Assembly: GCF_009914755.1 (NCBI RefSeq)
Contig: NC_060933.1
Direction: 5' to 3' (one strand)
From: the human T2T-CHM13v2.0 reference genome, Homo sapiens
DNA: 64,000 nt
The position numbers and the translations under genes are program-made. A model generated the notes under the pieces. The model was not told the DNA's origin. It searched no databases and saw only the letters and a program-made list of their open reading frames with translations. Below are positions 17,667-35,310 of this stretch, one piece after another; positions within the stretch are counted from its first letter, which is position 1, and each line of letters begins with the position of its first letter.

Positions 17667-17894
17667 CACCACTCGTAATGTTTTTACTAAGATTTCTTTT
17701 CCAAACCAAGTCTCCAGTGAAAAATTGATGTTGTGAAGGCCAATTTCCAGAGGAAGCACAGTGAATGTCACCAAGTGACTGGAGGAGCCCTCTACTTTCT
17801 GGCGCACACATTTGGAGGACTTTGTGCCCTGATGATCAATGACTGGGCTTTCCGAAGTGCAGATTCCCTCCACAGCAGACATTTTAACACAGAA
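17667..17894 (-). CDS. C5: C5 exon 21 (228 nt) [10 protein letters not shown]...[11 protein letters not shown]...KTLRVV (MG7, contains Arg885)
   Basis: Translation (ORF 17586..17882); CAG acceptor, GTAAGA donor. Confidence 0.98.
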
Positions 17895-17898
17895 CTGA

Positions 17899-18223
<325 letters not shown>

Positions 18224-20015
18224 GACTCGAAATACTTTATCTCTAAAAAAGTTGACCTTGATTATGCTTGTCTGGACACAAACTCTCCACTTTAACAATG
18301 TTAAAATAATCCCTTAGATTCTAAGGCACAGAAGAAAGTTCATTTCAGATTTCCTAACATAGACACACAAGTTGCCGTAGAGTTTAGCAATGCAAACAGA
18401 TGTCTAGAAAAGTCAACACTGTCTCAGAAACATCTTACCTTTCTTAGACTGTTACGTACTAAATTGGGTACAGAGCTCATGCTGTTGTGATAGCACTTAT
18501 TACCCTGTCTCTTTACATGTTTGTGTTTCAGATAGTGGGAGCCTTAGGCTCAGGTACTTTTTCATTTTCATCTTATTCATTTTTGTATCTTTTAGCTCAG
18601 CCTCTGGTATTCAGTAAATGATGGGTTTCATCAAAGACTGAAAATTCCCTATATCGGCATTCAAGGCCCTGCCCATTATGTCCCCAGCTTACTTTTCTAA
18701 TTTTATCAACTTCCCATTTGTACCCCATTTTACAACCAAACTCTGGCTCCAGAAAGACCTGGATTCAATTTTTGGCATTCCTCTTATTAACTGGTGATGG
18801 AAACTGGTTGCATGAACTCTCTAATCCTCCATTTTCTCATCTTTGTAATGGGAATAATAATAGTGCCCACTGACTTCTGGCTCAAATAGTAAACATTTTT
18901 CATCTTCCCTCCAAATTCTGGTGAACTGATAGAATTGAGAACTATACCCAAAATAATAAATCCATAAAATCCAGAATAAGTCAAGCAGGTAAACAAAAGA
19001 GAGCACCAGCTATTCAACCACTAATTTTGAGGAATTTCTTGAAAACAGAAAGTTCCTTTTCCTTCTTAACTATCTTCTTGGGAGACAACCACCAGGGTGG
19101 GAGAAGCCAGAGCAAAAGACTATTGGATCACCTGCGGCCAATGATTTCCTTAGAACAGCAGGGGAGGGTGGGGAAGGATAGATATAGAAGAGTCATTTAA
19201 TACAATTCAGCATAATTGCATTACAAAAACTCTTAGTAAATTGAGACTAAAAGGAACTTTTGAAACTGATAGAAAATATAAAAAAAAAAGTGGTTCTGGT
19301 TTCAGTAATAGCCAAATAGCTTATATTGGGCAACCTTTCTGTAAAAATAACCACAAACTCTAGACAAGATACATATTAAAACAAACTACCTGCAGATACT
19401 AGAGAGTGGGAGGGAAAGTGACACTTGGGAGAAGGGAATGACACTGAATAAGTGTCCCGCTTTTTATAGCTTTACCCTGAGGGCAGGTCCCATTGGTGCC
19501 TTGGAGTGGCTAAAACCCCAGTAGAACCTGACATCATACTGGTTTAGGAACTAGAGGACAAAGTAGGGAATAGTTACCACAGCTGAATAGTGAAGGAACT
19601 CCAAGTTCTGTGTATAATCCTTGCTCAAACCTGGCTGACCCTTGACCTATGCACAGCACAGATTTCTAGCATCCAGCTAAGGCTAAAAATACTGAACTGA
19701 GATTTCAGAGTCTGGAACTGAATCCAGCCAACTGCCTGCTAACACACACACACACACGAAAAATCTTCAGAGGAATGTAATAGAATCCAGAGTCTTTATA
19801 ATATTTTTATTAATAAAGTAGAAGATTCAATCCAAAATTACTAGATAAAAAGAAATAGGAAAGTGTAACCCACACTCAGGAGGAAAGGTAATTAACAGGA
19901 ACTAAGCCCAAAATATCACAGATGTACTTGTTTCTTATTTTGATATGATGGAAATGCACTGAAAATTTAAAGATTAAATAAAATATGGCAGTATAGTGAT
20001 ATGCATGACACTTTA

Positions 20016-20203
<188 letters not shown>

Positions 20204-20319
20204 TTATATATAATTGTGTTATTGCAAAGGACATACAAAAGAGATGGCAGGCTAGATTTGGCCCATGGTCCATAAATTGCTGACCCTTGATTTAGTTCAT
20301 AAAGCAAAAGGATAAAGAG

Positions 20320-22240
20320 ATGTAAAAGATTCAATATGGCAAGTCAATTTCCCTTATATTAATTCATAAATTCAGGACAATATGAAAACCCTATTATAAT
20401 TTTAAAAGGAGAATTCAACAAACTAATTCCAAAGTTTATCTGGCAGAGTAAATGTGTAAGAATAACAACATCAAAAACGTTTGAAAAATAAGAATACCAG
20501 AGAGTACTTGCCTAATAGATATACAATATAACCACAAATCTATGGTACTTTAAATCAGTGTGATACTGATGTAAACAAAACAGAGGAGAGAATCTATAAA
20601 TAGATCCACATATATGGAAATTCAATATATATGGGGGCAAGATGACATTTTAAATCAGTTGGAAAAGCATGAATTCCTTAACAAATACTGCTGGATCATC
20701 TGGCTATTTGGGATTAGATCCTTATTTCAGATAAAAAAATCTAAATGCTCACAAAAAACTATAAAAGTACTATAGAAAATATAGAAAAAACAGTTCTTTA
20801 GAAAAACATTTTATTTTAGGTTCGGGGCACATGTGCAGGTCTGTTGTATAGGTAAATGGCGTGTCGCAGAGGTTTGGTGTGCAGATTCTTTCATCATTCA
20901 GGTAATAAGCATAGTACCTAATAGGTCATTTTTTGATCTTTACCCTTCTCTCACCCTCCACCCTCAAGCAGGCCCTGGTGTCTGCTGTTCCCTTCTTTGT
21001 GTCCATATATACTCAATGTTTAGCTCCCACTTATAAGTGAGAACATGCAGTATTTTGTAGAAAAACGTTTTTAAAACTTGCAGTGAGAAAAGATTTCCAA
21101 AAACACAAAACTCAAATGACATAAAGGAAAAGATCTACAGATTTTATAACATACAAATTAAAAACACTAATAACAAAGTTAAAGACAAGTAGCAGATTAA
21201 ATACCAGCAACATTTATAATCAATAAAGAATTTATAGCTCTAACATACAAAGTGCTCCTGTAAACAATAATAAGTACATTTGTTGAGTACTCACTATGGG
21301 CCAAGTACTATATTTACATGAATTAGCTCATTTAATCTTCAACTATGAAATAGATACTATTATCATCCCATTTGTCAGATGAGGAAACTAAGCAAGAAGA
21401 AGCTAGGTAACTTACCCCAGAAAAAAGGAACTCAATGGAAAGCAAAAGAAAGGATATTAAAGTAGTATATAGGATATCATAGAATACATGAAAGAAGAAA
21501 TACAAATGGCCACAGACAAATGAAATGAGGTTCAACATTGCTAGTAATCAGGGTAGTGAAATAGAAACATCAGTGACATATCACTTGTGTCTGTCAACTT
21601 GGCAAAAATTTTATGTGTATTAACAAACAATATATAGCGCGGTCTTTCATGTTTTTAAATATTATGTAGTTGTATTCATTGTGTATACATATTATTCTGC
21701 AATTTGCTTTTTTCAGCAATGTCACATTTTTGAGCTTTAATCAAAATGATGCATGTAGTTATCTAGTCCATTCATTTCAATTTCTGTATAAGTGTTCATT
21801 GTATGAATAAAAGAAAAAATGTTTATTCCCCCAAATTATAAGAATGTGAGGGATCAAGGCTACCTGCATACACTTGGTAAGAATGTCAATTGATGGAATC
21901 CTTTTGGAAGATAATTATGGCAATATTTATTATCAGAAGGTAAAATGTCCATGCCCTTTAGCCCAGTTAGTTCACTCCAAGACAAAACATCTATCCTACA
22001 GAAATATACATGTAGGAAGATATGTATGCATAAATGGAGACTTTGCAAAATCAGTTATAATAGTGAAAACCTGTAAACAACCCAAATGTCTTTAATAGAA
22101 ACATGGTTCAATAAATTATAGTATACCCACCATGTGAATTACTGTGCAGCCATTAAAGTAATGAAGTAAATCTGTATATACTGATATGAAAGGATGTCTC
22201 TGATAATATTATTGGTGGAAACACAAATTGCTGAGGCAGT
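20320..22240 (+). mobile_element. Patchwork of old L1M fragments with MIR
   Basis: Degenerate ORF2 and 3' UTR motifs; MIR core near 21360-21400. Confidence 0.55.
20808..21056 (-). mobile_element. Primate L1 (L1PA-type) 3' end fragment
   Basis: acatgtgcaggt...tttagctcccacttataagtgagaacatgcagta; flanked by tagaaaaac repeats. Confidence 0.8.
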
Positions 22241-22407
22241 GTGTGTATATATATATATATGTATGTATATATGTATAGATATGTACATATATGTATATAT
22301 GTAGATATGTACATATACGTATATATGTATATATACGTATATATGTATATATGTATATATGTATATGTATATATGTATATATACGTATATATGTATATAT
22401 GTATATA

Positions 22408-22452
<45 letters not shown>
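22240..22452. repeat. Compound (TA)n/(TATG)n microsatellite
   Basis: About 210 bp of almost uninterrupted alternating purine-pyrimidine sequence. Confidence 0.97.
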
Positions 22453-22455
<3 letters not shown>

Positions 22456-23115
22456 CCTACACAAGCCGATTTTATATGTCTAAGACTAGGTGAGCAGAGG
22501 AGCCCTTGCTGATCTCAATCCTACAGTTGAGCAGAGTTTGGCTGTGGCCTCTGTGCCTTACCCATCTGTTATGGCCACCTATTTATGTGTCTATCTCAAA
22601 TTACAATTTACATGGTTTAAGAGTGACACCTCCTTAATCATCTACCAAAATCCTTTGGTAGCCAAGATCAGTGTGAGTTATAAAATTATGCTGAGTCTGT
22701 TTTGATGAGATGGTCTGACTGTCTTAGTATCTCAGTTTCCAAGCCTCAAGCCCATCTTGAATCAGGATTTTGAGACATGAAAACCACTACAGGAACCTGA
22801 TGGAGAAATGGCCTTTGGTATCTCTATCTGAGTTATGATTATCTTAAATTCATGAAGCATTCTGTCTGCAGAAAAGCTAGTGGGTTTAAAAGAAATAATG
22901 TAAAGGCAACTTTACAGCTTCTTAATCAAGGTCCTTCTCCAACTCTTCACGTTGTATTTAGGGTGGTGGGGATGGAGCCAAATGAGGGAGGGCAATTCCA
23001 CAGGGCTGAAGATGGTGGCATGATTCATAGGATTTATGCAAACCCTGTGAGTAAATTCTAAGGAAGAGAAATGAGTAACATTTTGATTTTATTTCTGTAA
23101 AAATAAGATAATACT

Positions 23116-23414
<299 letters not shown>

Positions 23415-23932
23415 AGATAATACCATCAGTATGGTAAATTCTGATTACTTAAGTTTATTCCCCATTTACATCCTGTGGCCAAGTAAAATTTGTGTGTGCA
23501 TTCTCTGATATTTAGTGTTACCTGATGAAACAAGTTTATATGGAAAAGTTCATTTTTACTGAAAATTAAAATTGTGAAAAAAAGAGTGACATTTCTTAAC
23601 ATGATTTGGATTGAAAAATGAAATTGGCATTTCTATGACAAAGAGTAAGTCTGATTTTCGCTGATCATTTTATCAATGAGGACTGATTTTTCCAGTTAGA
23701 TTATATGACAAACATATTACATAAATTGAATAAGCTAAATGTGAAGCTCCAAGATATAAGATTAAAATATATTGATAAAGGGGTAATAAAATTGACAATA
23801 TTTTTATTTTATCAACCTTCCTGATAAAATTGGGTTGAACAGCAATGCCTACCTCTATAAAAATGAAAAATAAGAATAGAATTTATGCCAAACTCTCTCT
23901 CATTTCTAACAATAAATAACATTTATCCATAA

Positions 23933-24273
<341 letters not shown>

Positions 24274-24596
24274 GAGAAGAGAATTTTTAAATAAAATTTT
24301 ATTTCTATATTTAATAACTTTAGAAATATGTTATTTTATCAATAGTATACTAATAATAATATTTGTAATGATACCTAAATCCACATATCATTTGATACTT
24401 GGAATTTTACAATCATGAAATTTTAAGATATTTCATTTTCAATGTATGTGCATATTTTTGTTCATTAAAGTATAATAAGGTGATCAACAGAAAAAAATTC
24501 ATGCATAAAATATGTAACATTAGGGGAGTAAAATGGAAATATGAATTCATTGAGGAAAAGGAATGATATGTAATCTGTTGCTAAGAGCTTATTCGA

Positions 24597-24887
24597 GCCC
24601 AGGAGCAGTTCCTCACGCTTGTAATCCCAGCACTTTGGGAAGCTGAGGCAGGTGGGTCACTTGAGGTCAGGAGTTCGAGACCAGCCTGGCCAACATGGCG
24701 AAACCTGTCTCTACTAAAAATACAAAAATTAGCCAAGCATGGTGGCGTGTACCTGTAATCCTAGCTACTCAGGAGGCTGAGTCATGAGAATTGCTTGAAC
24801 AGGGGAGGAGGAGTTTGCAGTGAGCCGAGATCGCACCACTGCACTCCAGCCTGGGCAATAGAACAAGACCCCATCTTGAAAAAAAAA
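24597..24887 (+). mobile_element. AluS
   Basis: Two arms and A tail; flanking gcttatt. Confidence 0.88.
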
Positions 24888-25069
24888 GGCTTATTTGAGC
24901 ATTTAAAAAATTGATTGCTATGGTATTTGGAGTCTGCTATACATAAGTTTGATAAAACAGTTTTATTTTAAGATACCAATATTTAAATATTTTAAAAGTA
25001 ATAGATTGCCATCTTTTAAAAAATGTATGATAAAAATTTTAGATGCCAATTTTAAAATGTGTCAGAGGG

Positions 25070-25099
25070 CAGAGCGAGACTCCGTCTTAAAAAAAAAAA
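25070..25099 (+). mobile_element. Micro Alu insertion (last ~19 nt plus A11)
   Basis: cagagcgagactccgtctt + A11 flanked by gtgtcagaggg at 25059-25069 and 25100-25110. Confidence 0.8.
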
Positions 25100-26024
25100 G
25101 TGTCAGAGGGATACATAGTTTTTCCAAAACAAGAGGGTATGTAAGCAAAATTTTAGGAAACCACTGAAATTCTAATCTCTAAGAATAAAGTTAGTGTTTT
25201 AAAAAAATATAGCTAGAATTTTGGAACACATTGAATTCTCATGCAAAGTTTTGTGACTGTGATTTTCAAATCAAATCAGTCAGCCTATTATATAATTCTC
25301 TTTAGGGGTGTGCTGGCAAAGAGAAGATAAATGGTGGGTCCAATCATGGTTGGAATTGTGTCCTGGAGTGAGATAGGATCCAGGGAGTTGGCATAATTTT
25401 AGTCAGTGTGGTTTTAATGATGGCTGGTGAATTCTAATCTGAACAAGGAGTAAAGTAAAAAGAGCAGGGAAGTAAAGGACAATAAAAGGGATTGAGTCAA
25501 TGGACTGAAGGTTTCAGTGATGCTACTGACCCAGAGCTATGGAAGTAATCTGGTTAATGAGTTAGGAGGACAGGAAGGAGGTTGTCACTGGATGGTGAGA
25601 TGTGAATGTCTGAAATCAAGATTTCAGAGAGGATGATAAGATCTATAAAGTGAAGATGAGTATGAATGGCTAAAATGGAGGAAAGGGTTGTTAGAATCAA
25701 GGAAATCAAGGAACTCTGAGTATAGGCAAATAAAGGAACTAAAGATGAATTCACCCTTCTCTGGACTTCCACAGCACATGGATTATCTTATGCAATTTAT
25801 TCTTTCAATTGAAGTTACATGAATACCTACTTGTCCTTCCTCCTTCCTTCATCCCTTTAATTCACATCCCTACACATATAGTACAATGCTCATTTTAAGT
25901 GTTTGGTTTCTATTGCTGAACTGAGTTGAACTTCTACTTTTTTGTGTATGGTAATTCCACTAATAGAATTCTCAGAAAACCAGAGAATGTTTCCTTTATC
26001 CCATAAATATTAACACCTACTTAC

Positions 26025-26164
26025 CTGCATCCCAGAAGTCCTATAGTTGTAAACAGTTCCTTTCAATTGGATCTGTTCTCCTCGTACAACAGAATATGGT
26101 ATATTCATTTCCAGGAAGACATCTTTGAACACCTTTGCCTTGACAGTATCAGCAACACATATAC
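26025..26164 (-). CDS. C5: C5 exon 20 (140 nt) (G)[30 protein letters not shown]...TSGMQ
   Basis: Translation; AAG acceptor, GTAAGT donor. Confidence 0.97.
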
Positions 26165-26667
26165 CTTCAGCCCAAAGTGGAAGCAAAGTAGAATCATATT
26201 AGGAAATTCCTATAATGTTTTATTGGTATTAAAATTTCTCACATTTGCTTTACTTCAAGGAAAAAATAATATTAGATCATGTTTTTCTCTGAACTCTCAA
26301 CTCATGTCCTTGAATTTTCTATTCATTGATCTTAATTTCAATAATAATTAGTATTAACAAAAAACTTCATTTATTCAACAAATAGTTAATTCTATTTAAG
26401 GCATGAGAATGTTTATCAACTAACACACCAAATCTTTTTAGATATTCATTATTGGCTCCATGTTTAATGAGTATAAAATTTTGATTGTGGAAACCAAGAT
26501 TTTAAAACAAAAGTAGCAAACAAACAAACAAAACCATTCCTGAAGCTATTTGGAAAGCATCTGCACTTAATCATCATAAAGATCAGCCCAAGAGAGTTCA
26601 TTTATTTGTTTCTAACTCTACACAAGCTCCCAGTCAGTGAGAAAAGTGAAGGAAAATAAAGACTTGA

Positions 26668-26812
26668 GGCTGGGTGCAGTGGCTCAAGCTGTAATCCCAG
26701 CACTTTGGAAGGTGGAGGTGGGAAGGTTGCTTGAAACTAGGAGTTTGAGACCAGCTTGGACAACATAGCGAGACCCCTTCTTCATTTACAAAAAAAGGAA
26801 AAAGAAAAAAAA
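26668..26812 (+). mobile_element. FLAM (Alu left monomer)
   Basis: Single arm followed by A-rich tail. Confidence 0.82.
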
Positions 26813-27009
26813 GAGAGGAGTGAAAGGAGAAATCAATATGTTCAAAGATGTGGGTATATCCAAGTCTTTTGGTAATACATAAAAAAAAGAATATTTTTTA
26901 AAAATTGCTACCATTTAAGTCCTGGGTAAACTAAATAGATACTAACAAAGAATTACATCTTGCTAATCAAATCACTATTTAAATGCATATATCACTTAAA
27001 CCTGCTTAC

Positions 27010-27083
27010 CAGTGTTTGAAATGCCAACGCCTTGAATTTCCCAGGTGGTTAGAGAATCAGGTAGGGCAAACTGCAACTGTTTT
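27010..27083 (-). CDS. C5: C5 exon 19 (74 nt) (R)[24 protein letters not shown](G)
   Basis: Translation with A2M-family PDSLTTW motif; CAG acceptor, GTAAGC donor. Confidence 0.97.
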
Positions 27084-28513
27084 CTGGAAGTTAAAATGTT
27101 GATATTCAAATACAGTGGAATATTGATTAACCCAACTTAACAGAGACATCCATTAACAGAATTTTTGCTTCAAACTACTTTAGAGAAAGAAAAAAATTCA
27201 CGAGATGAAATCACATCATTAAGGAAAACCTCATCAAGAAAAATATATTCAGTAACTCTCTTATATATTGCATGTTTTTAGACATTGCACCTCTATGATG
27301 AGAATTCAAGTTCAGAAGAATGCCTTTGAAACATTGCAAAATCCAAGCACACAAACAAAGAAAAAGATGTTTGTTGTGAGTATATTCTAAAATAGGGAAG
27401 CAAAGTGATGCATGTTAGCACTGCTCAAAACAAAGTTGACATAACTAAAAACTGCTGATTATGATTAAGCTTGTATATTTATTTACAGCTATTGTCTACC
27501 AACTTTGTATCAGGTATAGTGCTGAGTACTGAGTAAACAGCACTGATAAGATACAGTCCTGCTCTCAGGCAGTTTACAATCTAGTGGAAGAAATAGTTAA
27601 GTAAATAAATTACACTGCACTGTAATAATTGTACCAATAAGGCATTATAAGAGTTCAGAGGCAGTGTGCATTCGTTCAACACATTTATTTTCAGTATCCT
27701 AGGCCAAGTCCTGGATATAAAACAGTAATCTGAATTTAGTTCATGCCTTTGAGGTATTTACATTTTAATGTGGAAGACAGGAAAGTAAACAAGTCATTAT
27801 AATACAATATGATACACACAACAGGGTTAATTGAGGGTGCAATTAATCCAATCACTGGTAGTGTGGGGAGCAGTGGCCAGAAGGTTTACTAGAGGACATG
27901 CTAGCTAATGGGTAATGTCAGATGAAATGGACAATTGTGTGGAAGAAGGATTAGAGAAGACAAGGGTAGAAATAAGGAGATGCGTGAGGAGACAACTGCA
28001 GGCCTTTGAACTCATTCCTTGCCTTCTCATTGGAAAACCAGTGCTTTAAGCCCATCTAAGAAGAGTATGGCTCGAGGACTCAGCCCATCACTGTTTTCAG
28101 TGGTATAGAGGAAGTGTTTCCTTAAAATGTGTTGAATAGAAAACTTTAAAAAGAAAACTTTTCTTCCTGTTTATTAATGTTTGTTTTATAGTACAGATAT
28201 TTTAGGATAAAAATAGTGGCTTAATATAGTGTATCGCACATAGTTGTGTGTAGTAAATGCATACTGAAGTCAAATAAAATTAAATGGAATAGCACCCTTC
28301 TTCATTCTGACCTGGAGCCAATCACCAGTACGATGTATATTAAAAAAATAAAAATTTAAAAAAGCAAAGCAAAACAAAACAAAATTTGATCAAATTGCAG
28401 GATCATCTTAACTCCTATGCAAGCTATTGGGAAATGGGTAGTTTCTAGATTTTTGGCCATAATACTTGCATTATCCACATTTCTTTCAAGGAAACATGAA
28501 AGAAGTATAATAC

Positions 28514-28604
28514 CTTCTGGGAACAAGATGAACTTCCCACAACCAGCTTTCTGGAAAATAACTCCGAATTTCTGGCTTGCTTACTGGTAACAGGGTCTTC
28601 ATGT
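28514..28604 (-). CDS. C5: C5 exon 18 (91 nt) (H)[29 protein letters not shown](R)
   Basis: Translation with family motif FPESWLW; CAG acceptor, GTATTA donor. Confidence 0.97.
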
Positions 28605-28753
28605 CTGGACAAAAAAATCATATTCAATTATGGAAAAACAATATAAATTCTACTTATAGGTGAATTTTAAAATATGGCCATTAATCTGTAACTTAAGCAT
28701 TTTCTGAAAGGTAAATAAAACATTTTGTTTAATGCTTCCAAAATAGAATTATA

Positions 28754-29066
<313 letters not shown>

Positions 29067-29694
29067 CTATAAAGGCCTTAGGATTTTTCCACTAATAGCA
29101 TTGGCAAAACAAAGCATTAAATATCTTTAATGATTTTTTTCTTAAATTGCTAAATGTTTAGTATTCCTGAGATTATACAAGATATCGATCAGTCTATAAA
29201 GTTATTTGCACTTATATATATAATTGTAATAATTGTGTTTATATTAGAAAAAAGGAGGCTTTATATGGTTCTCTGCCTTCTTTAACTTGGTAATTTGTTT
29301 ATATTTACTTTAATAAAAATGGACTGAACTTCTGTTTTCATATAAGATGCCTTAATAGAAAACAAAACATGATATGCAAAATAACAGTTTTCAGACATTA
29401 GAGCATAAGCAAGACTGTGATCTCTAAGAGAAAGGAAACAATTAGGTGAAACCTAAAATTGCCCCAGCTTACTGCCTAGAGGCAGTTTACAGACTAGGGC
29501 AGGGAGAGGAATACAAGCAGAGCCTGATGATTTTGAAGACTTGTGGCAACACTGATGGGAGTTTTGCAAGGCCAACTTGTCTGGAATGAGGGAGAGTTCC
29601 AGGAAGGAGGGGGCTGCAGAGAGAGACTTCTATCCAGCTGAAGCCAAGCCAGATGATTATAGTTGAAAAATTGAAAAACGAAAAAATATATGAG

Positions 29695-32694
<3,000 letters not shown>

Positions 32695-32751
32695 TCAATG
32701 AATATATTTCTACAAACATAAATTTTGTGGCCATTTACCAAAATTATGGTT

Positions 32752-33095
32752 ATTAGATATTGCTTAACAATAGGGCTATGTTCTGAGAAATATGTTGTTA
32801 GATGATTTTGTTGTGTAACCATCATGGAGCGTACTTACACTAATCTAGATGGTATAACTTACTACAGATCTAGACTATATAGTATAGCCTATTTCTCCTA
32901 GGCTACAAACCTGTACAGCATGTTACTGAACAGAATACTGCAGACAACTGTAATGCAATGATAAGTATTTGTGTATCTAAGCATATCTAAACACAGGAAA
33001 GGTACAGAAAAAATACGGTATTATAATCCTATAGGATCACCGTTGCACATGTGGTCCATCATTGATGAAAATGTCATTACGCAGCACACATAAGT
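32752..33095 (+). mobile_element. Tigger3a/MER7-like DNA transposon
   Basis: gttctgagaaat...ctcctaggctacaaacctgtacagcatgttactg matches the Tigger3 consensus as recalled. Confidence 0.8.
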
Positions 33096-33149
33096 ATAAA
33101 ACAGAAGCTGTCATTTTGCTTTTGCTTGTTTTGTTAAAGACTATACATA

Positions 33150-33447
33150 GGCTGGGCACAGTGGCTCACGCCTGTAATCTCAGCACTTTGGGAGGCCGAG
33201 GTGGACGGATCACCTGAGGTCAGGAGTTCAAGACCAGCCTGGCCAATATGGTGAAACCCTGTCCCTACTAAAAATACAAAAATTAACCAGGTGTGGTGGC
33301 AGGCGCCTTTAATCCCAGTTACTCAGGAGGCTGAGGCAGGAGAATCGCTTGAACCCAGAGGCAGAGGTTGCAGTAAGCCAAGATTGCACCACTGCACTCC
33401 AGCCTGGGTGACAGAGCCAGATTCCTACTGAAAAAAAAAAAAAAAAA
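33150..33447 (+). mobile_element. AluSx-like
   Basis: Full Alu; flanking aaagactata. Confidence 0.92.
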
Positions 33448-33984
33448 GACTATATATAAAGTCCTAAAAGTTCTGAAAACATGTTAATGAGAGTTCTATA
33501 AATTCTGGAAACATGTATTGTGGTTGAAACTGAAATAAGACATCAGCTTTTATATAAGTACACTTAACCTTAGGCTAGATTTAGAAATATTCTCCTTTAT
33601 TTCATCAATGTAGATATAGACAGAATTTTTAATGGTTGTAATATCACAAAAGCGTAGACTTGTAGAACTCACAGGCATATTGGAGAGGATCTGGTCGAAG
33701 CTCCTTGCATGAGGCTCAGAGAGGATAAATAATCATTCAAGTTTATGGGATGACTTGGCTTTAAGGTTATGCCAGGTCTTAACTCTGGCCTAGTGTACTC
33801 TGCTCTGTACTGTACCTCTTCGGATGCCCAAAAATGAAGGATTTTTTTTTCTTATGGACATTTACAAGTTATCTTTTCTACTTTCAATTCTAAATAGATC
33901 ATGAAAACTGCCTTTCTTAGCAGCATAAAATTACACAAAATTCCCCATATTGAGCAGAATTCTGATAGAAAATGTCATACTTAC

Positions 33985-34182
33985 GTAGCCTTCCCAATTG
34001 CATGTCTTTATGAGAGATATTAGCACGGAGCTGGCTTGCGACGACACAACATTCAGTGAAAGCTTTGATGCATCTTGGCCCTAAACTAATCCGTGCAGCT
34101 CGCTGCTCACAGGTTTCATCATTATTAACGCAGGCTCCATCGTAACAACATTTCTTCACTACTGAATGTTTATATTTAGCAG
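33985..34182 (-). CDS. C5: C5 exon 17 (198 nt): most of C5a, (A)[15 protein letters not shown]...KDMQLGR|L(H)
   Basis: Translation (ORF 33917..34297); anaphylatoxin cysteine pattern; Arg751 codon at 33989-33991. Confidence 0.99.
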
Positions 34183-35310
34183 CTGAAATGGTAATAATGC
34201 AAGTGCTCTTGATGACGCAGAGTGATAACATCTCAGGCTTAGAAGGAATCTCAAGGGATACCTGGTTTCTGTTGCTATATGATCCCCCTACCCACAATAG
34301 TTATGGCTAGTTGACTGTCCAGACTCCCCTTGGAACTATTCTAAGAATGGGGAGAATGTGACCTTACCAAATGGTCCATTCCAGCTCACACTAAATGGTT
34401 AAAGGGTTTCCTGCAATTAAGCTAAATACTAACTCTTGAAACTGGAACTTTGGGTTCTGCTGAAAATATGCAGAAAAATATAGAAAAAGAATAGAAAATG
34501 TTTTTTAAGAAAATAAGTTAAATATCCAAGAAGCCTTCAAATATTTGAAGATGGCTATCATCACTATACAAATATTTCCTTCTTCAAGCTGAATATCCTA
34601 TTTTTCAAAAACTTCTTATATAACATGGTTTGTGGACTTCACCTAGTAGCATTATCCTTCATTGTAAGTGCTCAGATTAGTCAATGTCTCTCTTTTCATA
34701 TCATTAGAACTTAGAATAAAGGTTAGAATTAAAATAACTCATATACAAATGGAAGAAACTATTATATTACCATAGGCATGATATTAGTTGAACTCAATTT
34801 GCTGACTCCCAGTTTGATATTCTTTCTACAGTAACATGACGAATTATCATAACCATTTAAATAATTATTTTAAAATAATTCTCACAAGATGTATTTTCCA
34901 AAGAACAATGCTACTAACAGTTAAATATATGAAATAGAAGTAATAGACTTCTAGGTATATCCCCAAAATAGTCAAATCATGGATTTTGTCAGAATAAAAT
35001 GGAAGGATATGATTTTAATTGCCAGATGAAGTTATCAGAGAGAAAATATTTATGACAAATAAAAGCTAATATTTTGGATTTTAGAGCTTGAAGTAATAAA
35101 GACCTATTTCCTTAGATTAAGGCTATGGCAAATGAACTACTAGACTTTATTTGGATTAATCTTTCTGAGAGAGATAAGCTAGACCTCCATACATATCTTT
35201 CTTTTCATTCATTTTATTTCAATTAGGGGAATTTATATAACATTTAATTTTGTCCAGTTTTTGAATGATATGACCATAACCTTTTTACAATCACATGAAT
35301 CTTACAGTAC

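Noticed and set aside
22153-22512. Overlapping Y/I/V-rich ORFs
   Set aside because: Translation of a TA/TG microsatellite
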